Notes: generated by a model from the letters alone, not told the origin. Numbered from the stretch's first letter, positions 1 to 12,672 are shown. The stretch: 64,000 nucleotides of DNA from Auanema rhodensis (GCA_964057225.1 CAXKVF010000073.1:310001-374000), one strand, 5' to 3'. Numbers and translations: made by a program.

Positions 1-57
1 TTTTTAGACTAATATGGACATGGGGAATCTAATTTTGAAAACCGCATCTCTTTATCT

Positions 58-67
58 TTCACGTGAA
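58..67. other. 10-bp perfect palindrome TTCACGTGAA containing an E-box/G-box core (nearly every monomer)
   Basis: Read directly from the sequence. Protein binding is not demonstrated. Confidence 0.6.
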
Positions 68-140
68 GCGAGTTACATACCAAGTGCACATCACGTGTAC
101 AATTAATTAGCATAAATTAAAGTTCACGTAAATTTCAAAG

Positions 141-155
141 TCATGGTTACCATGA
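141..155. other. Dyad TCATGGT-T-ACCATGA (7-bp arms, 1-bp spacer; most monomers)
   Basis: Read directly from the sequence. It is shortened by A155C and broken by C151A, T141A and G145A. Function unknown. Confidence 0.6.
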
Positions 156-176
156 ACCAATATCAATAAAAATTTG

Positions 177-352
177 TTTTTAGACTAATATGGAGATGGG
201 GAATCTGATTTTGAAAACCGCATCTCTTTATCTTTCACGTGAAGCGAGTTACATACCAAGTGCACATCACGTGTACATTTAATTAGCATAAATTAAAGTT
301 CACGTAAATTTCAAAGTCATGGTTACCATGCACCAATATCAATAAAAATTTG
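177..352 (+). repeat. Reference monomer, type B (G19, G31: GGAGATGGGGAATCTGATT)
   Basis: The linked substitutions C19G and A31G co-occur in nearly all B units throughout the window. Confidence 0.95.
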
Positions 353-3300
353 TTTTTAGACTAATATGGACATGGGGAATCTAATTTTGAAAACCGCATC
401 TCTTTATCTTTCACGTGAAGCGAGTTACATACCAAGTGCACATCACGTGTACAATTAATTAGCATAAATTAAAGTTCACGTAAATTTCAAAGTCATGGTT
501 ACCATGAACCAATATCAATAAAAATTTGTTTTTAGACTAATATGGAGATGGGGAATCTGATTTTGAAAACCGCATCTCTTTATCTTTCACGTGAAGCGAG
601 TTACATACCAAGTGCACATCACGTGTACATTTAATTAGCATAAATCAAAGTTCACGTAAATTTCAAAGTCATGGTTACCATGAACCAATATCAATAAAAA
701 TTTGTTTTTAGACTAATATGGACATGGGGAATCTAATTTTGAAAACCGCATCTCTTTATCTTTCACGTGAAGCGAGTTACATACCAAGTGCACATCACGT
801 GTACAATTAATTAGCATAAATTAAAGTTCACGTAAATTTCAAAGTCATGGTTACAATGAACCAATATCAATAAAAATTTGTTTTTAGACTAATATGGAGA
901 TGGGGAATCTGATTTTGAAAACCGCATCTCTTTATCTTTCACGTGAAGCGAGTTACATACCAAGTGCACATCACGTGTACAATTAATTAGCATAAATTAA
1001 AGTTCACGTAAATTTCAAAGTCATGGTTACCATGAACCAATATCAATAAAAATTTGTTTTTAGACTAATATGGAGATGGGGAATCTGATTTTGAAAACCG
1101 CATCTCTTTATCTTTCACGTGAAGCGAGTTACATACCAAGTGCACATCACGTGTACATTTAATTAGCATAAATTAAAGTTCACGTAAATTTCAAAGTCAT
1201 GGTTACCATGAACCAATATCAATAAAAATTTGTTTTTAGACTAATATGGACATGGGGAATCTAATTTTGAAAACCGCATCTCTTTATCTTTCACGTGAAG
1301 CGAGTTACATACCAAGTGCACATCACGTGTACATTTAATTAGCATAAATTAAAGTTCACGTAAATTTCAAAGTCATGGTTACCATGCACCAATATCAATA
1401 ATAATTTGTTTTTAGACTAATATGGACATGGGGAATCTAATTTTGAAAACCGCATCTCTTTATCTTTCACGTGAAGCGAGTTACATACCAAGTGCACATC
1501 ACGTGTACATTTAATTAGCATAAATTAAAGTTCACGTAAATTTCAAAGTCATGGTTACCATGAACCAATATCAATAAAAATTTGTTTTTAGACTAATATG
1601 GACATGGGGAATCTAATTTTGAAAACCGCATCTCTTTATCTTTCACGTGAAGCGAGTTACATACCAAGTGCACATCACGTGTACATTTAATTAGCATAAA
1701 TTAAAGTTCACGTAAATTTCAAAGTCATGGTTACCATGAACCAATATCAATAAAAATTTGTTTTTAGACTAATATGGACATGGGGAATCTAATTTTGAAA
1801 ACGGCATCTCTTTATCTTTCACGTGAAGCGAGTTACATACCAAGTGCACATCACGTGTACATTTAATAAGCATAAATTAAAGTTCACGTAAATTTCAAAG
1901 TCATGGTTACCATGCACCAATATCAATAAAAATTTGTTTTTAGACTAATATGGACATGATGAATCTAATTTTGAAAACCGCATCTCTTTATCTTTCACGT
2001 GAAGCGAGTTACATACCAAGTGCACATCACGTGTACAATTAATTAGCATAAATTAAAGTTCACGTAAATTTCAAAGTCATGGTTACCATGAACCAATATC
2101 AATAAAAATTTGTTTTTAGACTAATATGGACATGGGGAATCTAATTTTGAAAACCGCATCTCTTTATCTTTCACGTGAAGCGAGTTACATACCAAGTGCA
2201 CATCACGTGTACATTTAATTAGCATAAATTAAAGTTCACGTAAATTTCAAAGTCATGGTTACCATGCACCAATATCAATAAAAATTTGTTTTTAGACTAA
2301 TATGGACATGGGGAATCTAATTTTGAAAACCGCATCTCTTTATCTTTCACGTGAAGCGAGTTACATACCAAGTGCACATCACGTGTACATTTAATTAGCA
2401 TAAATTAAAGTTCACGTAAATTTCAAAGTCATGGTTACCATGCACCAATATCAATAAAAATTTGTTTTTAGACTAATATGGACATGGGGAATCTAATTTT
2501 GAAAACCGCATCTCTTTATCTTTCACGTGGAGCGAGTTACATACCAAGTGCACATCACGTGTACATTTAATTAGCATAAATTAAAGTTCACGTAAATTTC
2601 AAAGTCATGGTTACCATGCACCAATATCAATAAAAATTTGTTTTTAGACTAATATGGACATGGGGAATCTTAATTTGAAAACCGCATCTCTTTATCTTTC
2701 ACGTGAAGCGAGTTACATACCAAGTGCACATCACGTGTACAATTAATTAGCATAAATTAAAGTTCACGTAAATTTCAAAGTCATGGTTACCATGAACCAA
2801 TATCAATAAAAATTTGTTTTTAGACTAATATGGAGATGGGGAATCTGATTTTGAAAACCGCATCTCTTTATCTTTCACGTGAAGCGAGTTACATACCAAG
2901 TGCACATCACGTGTACATTTAATTAGCATAAATCAAAGTTCACGTAAATTTCAAAGTCATGGTTACCATGAACCAATATCAATAAAAATTTGTTTTTAGA
3001 CTAATATGGACATGGGGAATCTAATTTTGAAAACCGCATCTCTTTATCTTTCACGTGAAGCGAGTTACATACCAAGTGCACATCACGTGTACAATTAATT
3101 AGCATAAATTAAAGTTCACGTAAATTTCAAAGTCATGGTTACCATGAACCAATATCAATAAAAATTTGTTTTTAGACTAATATGGAGATGGGGAATCTGA
3201 TTTTGAAAACCGCATCTCTTTATCTTTCACGTGAAGCGAGTTACATACCAAGTGCACATCACGTGTACATTTAATTAGCATAAATTAAAGTTCACGTAAA

Positions 3301-6300
3301 TTTCAAAGTCATGGTTACCATGCACCAATATCAATAAAAATTTGTTTTTAGACTAATATGGACATGGGGAATCTAATTTTGAAAACCGCATCTCTTTATC
3401 TTTCACGTGAAGCGAGTTACATACCAAGTGCACATCACGTGTACAATTAATTAGCATAAATTAAAGTTCACGTAAATTTCAAAGTCATGGTTACCATGAA
3501 CCAATATCAATAAAAATTTGTTTTTAGACTAATATGGAGATGGGGAATCTGATTTTGAAAACCGCATCTCTTTATCTTTCACGTGAAGCGAGTTACATAC
3601 CAAGTGCACATCACGTGTACATTTAATTAGCATAAATCAAAGTTCACGTAAATTTCAAAGTCATGGTTACCATGAACCAATATCAATAAAAATTTGTTTT
3701 TAGACTAATATGGACATGGGGAATCTAATTTTGAAAACCGCATCTCTTTATCTTTCACGTGAAGCGAGTTACATACCAAGTGCACATCACGTGTACAATT
3801 AATTAGCATAAATTAAAGTTCACGTAAATTTCAAAGTCATGGTTACAATGAACCAATATCAATAAAAATTTGTTTTTAGACTAATATGGAGATGGGGAAT
3901 CTGATTTTGAAAACCGCATCTCTTTATCTTTCACGTGAAGCGAGTTACATACCAAGTGCACATCACGTGTACAATTAATTAGCATAAATTAAAGTTCACG
4001 TAAATTTCAAAGTCATGGTTACCATGAACCAATATCAATAAAAATTTGTTTTTAGACTAATATGGAGATGGGGAATCTGATTTTGAAAACCGCATCTCTT
4101 TATCTTTCACGTGAAGCGAGTTACATACCAAGTGCACATCACGTGTACATTTAATTAGCATAAAACAAAGTTCACGTAAATTTCAAAGTCATGGTTACCA
4201 TGAACCAATATCAATAAAAATTTGTTTTTAGACTAATATGGACATGGGGAATCTAATTTTGAAAACCGCATCTCTTTATCTTTCACGTGAAGCGAGTTAC
4301 ATACCAAGTGCACATCACGTGTACAATTAATTAGCATAAATTAAAGTTCACGTAAATTTCAAAGTCATGGTTACCATGAACCAATATCAATAAAAATTTG
4401 TTTTTAGAATAATATGGAGATGGGGAATCTGATTTTGAAAACCGCATCTCTTTATCTTTCACGTGAAGCGAGTTACATACCAAGTGCACATCACGTGTAC
4501 ATTTAATTAGCATAAATTAAAGTTCACGTAAATTTCAAAGTCATGGTTACCATGCACCAATATCAATAAAAATTTGTTTTTAGACTAATATGGACATGGG
4601 GAATCTAATTTTGAAAACCGCATCTCTTTATCTTTCACGTGAAGCGAGTTACATACCAAGTGCACATCACGTGTACAATTAATTAGCATAAATTAAAGTT
4701 CACGTAAATTTCAAAGTCATGGTTACCATGAACCAATATCAACAAAAATTTGTTTTTAGACTAATATGGAGATGGGGAATCTGATTTTGAAAACCGCATC
4801 TCTTTATCTTTCACGTGAAGCGAGTTACATACCAAGTGCACATCACGTGTACATTTAATTAGCATAAATTAAAGTTCACGTAAATTTCAAAGTCATGGTT
4901 ACCATGCACCAATATCAATAAAAATTTGTTTTTAGACTAATATGGACATGGGGAATCTAATTTTGAAAACCGCATCTCTTTATCTTTCACGTGAAGCGAG
5001 TTACATACCAAGTGCACATCACGTGTACAATTAATTAGCATAAATTAAAGTTCACGTAAATTTCAAAGTCATGGTTACCATGCACCAATATCAATAAAAT
5101 ATTGTTTTTAGACTAATATGGACATGGGGAATCTAATTTTGAAAACCGCATCTCTTTATCTTTCACGTGAAGCGAGTTACATACCAAGTGCACATCACGT
5201 GTACATTTAATTAGCATAAATTAAAGTTCACGTAAATTTCAAAGTCATGGTTACCATGAACCAATATCAATAAAAATTTGTTTTTAGACTAATATGGAGA
5301 TGGGGAATCTGATTTTGAAAACCGCATCTCTTTATCTTTCACGTGAAGCGAGTTACATACCAAGTGCACATCACGTGTACAATTAATTAGCATAAATTAA
5401 AGTTCACGTAAATTTCAAAGTCATGGTTACCATGAACCAATATCAATAAAAATTTGTTTTTAGACTAATATGGAGATGGGGAATCTGATTTTGAAAACCG
5501 CATCTCTTTATCTTTCACGTGAAGCGAGTTACATACCAAGTGCACATCACGTGTACATTTAATTAGCATAAATCAAAGTTCACGTAAATTTCAAAGTCAT
5601 GGTTACCATGAACCAATATCAATAAAAATTTGTTTTTAGACTAATATGGACATGGGGAATCTAATTTTGAAAACCGCATCTCTTTATCTTTCACGTGAAG
5701 CGAGTTACATACCAAGTGCACATCACGTGTACAATTAATTAGCATAAATTAAAGTTCACGTAAATTTCAAAGTCATGGTTACAATGAACCAATATCAATA
5801 AAAATTTGTTTTTAGACTAATATGGAGATGGGGAATCTGATTTTGAAAACCGCATCTCTTTATCTTTCACGTGAAGCGAGTTACATACCAAGTGCACATC
5901 ACGTGTACATTTAATTAGCATAAATTAAAGTTCACGTAAATTTCAAAGTCATGGTTACCATGAACCAATATCAATAAAAATTTGTTTTTAGACTAATATG
6001 GAGATGGGGAATCTGATTTTGAAAACCGCATCTCTTTATCTTTCACGTGAAGCGAGTTACATACCAAGTGCACATCACGTGTACAATTAATTAGCATAAA
6101 TTAAAGTTCACGTAAATTTCAAAGTCATGGTTACCATGAACCAATATCAATAAAAATTTGTTTTTAGACTAATATGGAGATGGGGAATCTGATTTTGAAA
6201 ACCGCATCTCTTTATCTTTCACGTGAAGCGAGTTACATACCAAGTGCACATCACGTGTACAATTAATTAGCATAAATTAAAGTTCACGTAAATTTCAAAG

Positions 6301-9300
6301 TCATGGTTACCATGAACCAATATCAATAAAAATTTGTTTTTAGACTAATATGGAGATGGGGAATCTGATTTTGAAAACCGCATCTCTTTATCTTTCACGT
6401 GAAGCGAGTTACATACCAAGTGCACATCACGTGTACATTTAATTAGCATAAATCAAAGTTCACGTAAATTTCAAAGTCATGGTTACCATGAACCAATATC
6501 AATAAAAATTTGTTTTTAGACTAATATGGACATGGGGAATCTAATTTTGAAAACCGCATCTCTTTATCTTTCACGTGAAATGAGTTACATACCAAGTGCA
6601 CATCACGTGTACATTTAATTAGCATAAATCAAAGTTCACGTAAATTTCAAAGTCATGGTTACCATGAACCAATATCAATAAAAATTTGTTTTTAGACTAA
6701 TATGGACATGGGGAATCTAATTTTGAAAACCGCATCTCTTTATCTTTCACGTGAAGCGAGTTACATACCAAGTGCACATCACGTGTACATTTAATAAGCA
6801 TAAATTAAAGTTCACGTAAATTTCAAAGTCGTGGTTACCATGAACCAATATCAATAAAAATTTGTTTTTAGACTAATATGGAGATGGGGAATCTGATTTT
6901 GAAAACCGCATCTCTTTATCTTAAACGTGAAGCGAGTTACATACCAAGTGCACATCACGTGTACATTTAATTAGCATAAATTAAAGTTCACGTAAATTTC
7001 AAAGTCATGGTTACCATGAACCAATATCAATAAAAATTTGTTTTTAGACTAATATGGACATGGGGAATCTAATTTTGAAAACCGCATCTCTTTATCTTTC
7101 ACGTGAAGCGAGTTACATACCAAGTGCACATCACGTGTACATTTAATTAGCATGAATTAAAGTTCACGTAAATTTCAAAGTCATGGTTACCATGAACCAA
7201 TATCAATAAAAATTTGTTTTTAGACTAATATGGACATGGGGAATCTAATTTTGAAAACCGCATCTCTTTATCTTTCACGTGAAGCGAGTTACATACCAAG
7301 TGCACATCACGTGTACATTTAATTAGCATAAATTAAAGTTCACGTAAATTTCAAAGTCATGGTTACCATGCACCAATATCAATAAAAATTTGTTTTTATA
7401 CTAATATGGACATGGGGAATCTTATTTTGGAAACCGCATCTCTTTATCTTTCACGTGAAGCGAGTTACATACCAAGAGCACATCACGTGTACAATTAATT
7501 AGCATAAATTGAAGTTCACGTAAATTTCAAAGTCATGGTTACCATGAACCAATATCAATAAAAATTTGTTTTTAGACTAATATGGAGATGGGGAATCTGA
7601 TTTTGAAAACCGCATCTCTTTATCTTTCAAGTGAAGCGAGTTACATACCAAGTGCACATCACGTGTACATTTAATTAGCATAAATCAAAGTTCACGTAAA
7701 TTTCAAAGTCATGGTTACCATGAACCAATATCAATAAAAATTTGTTTTTAGACTAATATGGACATGGGGAATCTAATTTTGAAAACCGCATCTCTTTATC
7801 TTTCACGTGAAGCGAGTTACATACCAAGTGCACATCACGTGTACATTTAATTAGCATAAATTAAAGTTCACGTAAATTTCAAAGTCATGGTTACCATGCA
7901 CCAATATCAATAAAAATTTGTTTTTAGACTAATATGGACATGGGGAATCTAATTTTGAAAACCGCATCTCTTTATCTTTCACGTGAAGCGAGTTACATAC
8001 CAAGTGCACATCACGTGTACATTTAATTAGCATAAATTAAAGTTCACGTAAATTTCAAAGTCATGGTTACCATGAACCAATATCAATAAAAATTTGTTTT
8101 TAGACTAATATGGACATGGGGAATCTAATTTTGAAAACCGCATCTCTTTATCTTTCACGTGAAGCGAGTTACATACCAAGTGCACATCACGTGTACATTT
8201 AATTAGCATGAATTAAAGTTCACGTAAATTTCAAAGTCATGGTTACCATGAACCAATATCAATAAAAATTTGTTTTTAGACTAATATGGACATGGGGAAT
8301 CTAATTTTGAAAACCGCATCTCTTTATCTTTCACGTGAAGCGAGTTACATACCAAGTGCACATCACGTGTACATTTAATTAGCATAAATTAAAGTTCACG
8401 TAAATTTCAAAGTCATGGTTACCATGCACCAATATCAATAAAAATTTGTTTTTAGACTAATATGGACATGGGGAATCTTATTTTGAAAACCGCATCTCTT
8501 TATCTTTCACGTGAAGCGAGTTACATACCAAGTGCACATCACGTGTACATTTAATTAGCATAAATCAAAGTTCACGTAAATTTCAAAGTCATGGTTACCA
8601 TGCACCAATATCAATAAAAATTTGTTTTTAGACTAATATGGACATGGGGAATCTTATTTTGAAAACCGCATCTCTTTATCTTTCACGTGAAGCGAGTTAC
8701 ATACCAAGTGCACATCACGTGTACATTTAATTAGCATAAATCAAAGTTCACGTAAATTTCAAAGTCATGGTTACCATGAACCAATATCAATAAAAATTTG
8801 TTTTTAGACTAATATGGACATGGGGAATCTAATTTTGAAAACCGCATCTCTTTATCTTTCACGTGAAGCGAGTTACATACCAAGTGCACATCACGTGTAC
8901 AATTAATTAGCATAAATTAAAGTTCACGTAAATTTCAAAGTCATGGTTACCATGAACCAATATCAATAAAAATTTGTTTTTAGACTAATATGGACATGGG
9001 GAATCTAATTTTGAAAACCGCATCTCTTTATCTTTCACGTGAAGCGAGTTACATACCAAGTGCACATCACGTGTACATTTAATTAGCATAAATTAAAGTT
9101 CACGTAAATTTCAAAGTCATGGTTACCATGAACCAATATCAATAAAAATTTGTTTTTAGACTAATATGGAGATGGGGAATCTGATTTTGAAAACCGCATC
9201 TCTTTATCTTTCACGTGAAGCGAGTTACATACCAAGTGCACATCACGTGTACATTTAATTAGCATAAATCAAAGTTCACGTAAATTTCAAAGTCATGGTT

Positions 9301-12300
9301 ACCATGAACCAATATCAATAAAAATTTGTTTTTAGACTAATATGGACATGGGAAATCTAATTTTGAAAACCGCATCTCTTTATCTTTCACGTGAAGCGAG
9401 TTACATACCAAGTGCACATCACGTGTACATTTAATTAGCATAAATTAAAGTTCACGTAAATTTCAAAGTCATGGTTACCATGAACCAATATCAATAAAAA
9501 TTTGTTTTTAGACTAATATGGACATGGGGAATCTAATTTTGAAAACCGCATCTCTTTATCTTTCACGTGAAGCGAGTTACATACCAAGTGCACATCACGT
9601 GTACATTTAATTAGCATGAATTAAAGTTCACGTAAATTTCAAAGTCATGGTTACCATGAACCAATATCAATAAAAATTTGTTTTTAGACTAATATGGAGA
9701 TGGGGAATCTGATTTTGAAAACCGCATCTCTTTATCTTAAACGTGAAGCGAGTTACATACCAAGTGCACATCACGTGTACATTTAATTAGCATAAATTAA
9801 AGTTCACGTAAATTTCAAAGTCATGGTTACCATGCACCAATATCAATAAAAATTTGTTTTTAGACTAATATGGACATGGGGAATCTAATTTTGAAAACCG
9901 CATCTCTTTATCTTTCACGTGAAGCGAGTTACATACCAAGTGCACATCACGTGTACATTTAATTAGCATAAATTAAAGTTCACGTAAATTTCAAAGTCAT
10001 GGTTACCATGAACCAATATCAATAAAAATTTGTTTTTAGACTAATATGGACATGGGGAATCTAATTTTGAAAACCGCATCTCTTTATCTTTCACGTGAAG
10101 CGAGTTACATACCAAGTGCACATCACGTGTACAATTAATTAGCATAAATTAAAGTTCACGTAAATTTCAAAGTCATGGTTACCATGAACCAATATCAATA
10201 AAAATTTGTTTTTAGACTAATATGGAGATGGGGAATCTGATTTTGAAAACCGCATCTCTTTATCTTAAACGTGAAGCGAGTTACATACCAAGTGCACATC
10301 ACGTGTACATTTAATTAGCATAAATTAAAGTTCACGTAAATTTCAAAGTCATGGTTACCATGCACCAATATCAATAAAAATTTGTTTTTAGACTAATATG
10401 GACATGGGGAATCTAATTTTGAAAACCGCATCTCTTTATCTTTCACGTGAAGCGAGTTACATACCAAGTGCACATCACGTGTACATTTAATAAGCATAAA
10501 TTAAAGTTCACGTAAATTTCAAAGTCATGGTTACCATGCACCAATATCAATAAAAATTTGTTTTTAGACTAATATGGACATGGGGAATCTTATTTTGAAA
10601 ACCGCATCTCTTTATCTTTCACGTGAAGCGAGTTACATACCAAGTGCACATCACGTGTACAATTAATTAGCATAAATCAAAGTTCACGTAAATTTCAAAG
10701 TCATGGTTACCATGAACCAATATCAATAAAAATTTGTTTTTAGACTAATATGGACATGGGGAATCTAATTTTGAAAACCGCATCTCTTTATCTTTCACGT
10801 GAAGCGAGTTACATACCAAGTGCACATCACGTGTACATTTAATTACCATGAATTAAAGTTCACGTAAATTTCAAAGTCATGGTTACCATGAACCAATATC
10901 AATAAAAATTTGTTTTTAGACTAATATGGACATGGGGAATCTAATTTTGAAAACCGCATCTCTTTATCTTTCACGTGAAGCGAGTTACATACCAAGTGCA
11001 CATCACGTGTACATTTAATTAGCATAAATTAAAGTTCACGTAAATTTCAAAGTCATGGTTACCATGCACCAATATCAATAAAAATTTGTTTTTAGACTAA
11101 TATGGACATGGGGAATCTAATTTTGAAAACCGCATCTCTTTATCTTTCACGTGAAGCGAGTTACATACCAAGTGCACATCACGTGTACATTTAATTAGCA
11201 TAAATTAAAGTTCACGTAAATTTCAAAGTCATGGTTACCATGAACCAATATCAATAAAAATTTGTTTTTAGACTAATATGGACATGGGGAATCTAATTTT
11301 GAAAACCGCATCTCTTTATCTTTCACGTGAAGCGAGTTACATACCAAGTGCACATCACGTGTACATTTAATTAGCATGAATTAAAGTTCACGTAAATTTC
11401 AAAGTCATGGTTACCATGAACCAATATCAATAAAAATTTGTTTTCAGACTAATATGGACATGGGGAATCTAATTTTGAAAACCGCATCTCTTTATCTTTC
11501 ACGTGAAGCGAGTTACATACCAAGTGCACATCACGTGTACATTTAATTAGCATAAATTAAAGTTCACGTAAATTTCAAAGTCATGGTTACCATGCACCAA
11601 TATCAATAAAAATTTGTTTTTAGACTAATATGGACATGGGGAATCTAATTTTGAAAACCGCATCTCTTTATCTTTCACGTGAAGCGAGTTACATACCAAG
11701 TGCACATCACGTGTACATTTAATTAGCATAAATCAAAGTTCACGTAAATTTCAAAGTCATGGTTACCATGAACCAATATCAATAAAAATTTGTTTTTAGA
11801 CTAATATGGACATGGGGAATCTAATTTTGAAAACCGCATCTCTTTATCTTTCACGTGAAGCGAGTTACATACCAAGTGCACATCACGTGTACAATTAATT
11901 AGCATAAATTAAAGTTCACGTAAATTTCAAAGTCATGGTTACCATGAACCAATATCAATAAAAATTTGTTTTTAGACTAATATGGACATGGGGAATCTAA
12001 TTTTGAAAACCGCATCTCTTTATCTTTCACGTGAAGCGAGTTACATACCAAGTGCACATCACGTGTACATTTAATTAGCATAAATTAAAGTTCACGTAAA
12101 TTTCAAAGTCATGGTTACCATGAACCAATATCAATAAAAATTTGTTTTTAGACTAATATGGAGATGGGGAATCTGATTTTGAAAACCGCATCTCTTTATC
12201 TTTCACGTGAAGCGAGTTACATACCAAGTGCACATCACGTGTACAATTAATTAGCATAAATCAAAGTTCACGTAAATTTCAAAGTCATGGTTACCATGAA

Positions 12301-12672
12301 CCAATATCAATAAAAATTTGTTTTTAGACTAATATGGACATGGGGAATCTAGTTTTGAAAACCGCATCTCTTTATCTTTCACGTGAAGCGAGTTACATAC
12401 CAAGTGCACATCACGTGTACATTTAATTAGCATAAATCAAAGTTCACGTAAATTTCAAAGTCATGGTTACCATGAACCAATATCAATAAAAATTTGTTTT
12501 TAGACTAATATGGACATGGGGAATCTAATTTTGAAAACCGCATCTCTTTATCTTTCACGTGAAGCGAGTTACATACCAAGTGCACATCACGTGTACATTT
12601 AATTAGCATAAATCAAAGTTCACGTAAATTTCAAAGTCATGGTTACCATGAACCAATATCAATAAAAATTTG

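Larger units (their letters stand above)
1..176 (+). repeat. Reference monomer, type A (C19, A31)
   Basis: TTTTTAGACTAATATGGACATGGGGAATCTAATTTTGAAAACCGCATCTCTTTATCTTTCACGTGAAGCGAGTTACATACCAAGTGCACATCACGTGTACAATTAATTAGCATAAATTAAAGTTCACGTAAATTTCAAAGTCATGGTTACCATGAACCAATATCAATAAAAATTTG. It has 30 C + 26 G (31.8% GC) and 5 CpG. The phase is set arbitrarily by the window start, and monomer positions quoted elsewhere use this phase. Confidence 0.98.
1..12672. repeat. Left outer satellite domain (A155C common; no C69G or C42T)
   Basis: CATGCACC is frequent, and GAAGGG and AAAATCGC are not seen before 12714. Rare variants are shared with the right outer domain. Confidence 0.8.

Noticed and set aside
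165-170. AATAAA polyadenylation-like signal in each monomer
   Set aside because: Expected by chance in 68% AT DNA, with no transcript evidence.
1-176. Assignment to known ~170-180-bp satellites (Brassica CentBr, Arabidopsis CEN178, honeybee AluI, primate alpha satellite)
   Set aside because: Only the length is similar. I recognise no sequence similarity, and the monomer has no AGCT (AluI/HindIII) site. A BLAST or Dfam search is needed.
1-176. CENP-B box
   Set aside because: No TTCG-N4-A-N2-CGGG match on either strand.
90-176. Budding-yeast point centromere (CDEI followed by an AT-rich tract)
   Set aside because: ATCACGTG matches CDEI, but the following DNA is not a >90% AT CDEII, there is no proper CDEIII (CCGAA core), and point centromeres are single-copy.
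1-176. 5S rRNA, tRNA, snRNA or spliced-leader tandem gene array
   Set aside because: No recognisable 5S or tRNA sequence, Pol III A/B/C boxes or spliced-leader motif.
4331-4513. 60-aa minus-strand ORF (MLIKCTRDVHLVCN...)
   Set aside because: It spans about one monomer and exists only because a private C9A change at 4409 (TTTTTAGAAT) turns the minus-strand TAG present in the other units into TAT. It has no recognisable domain or gene context.
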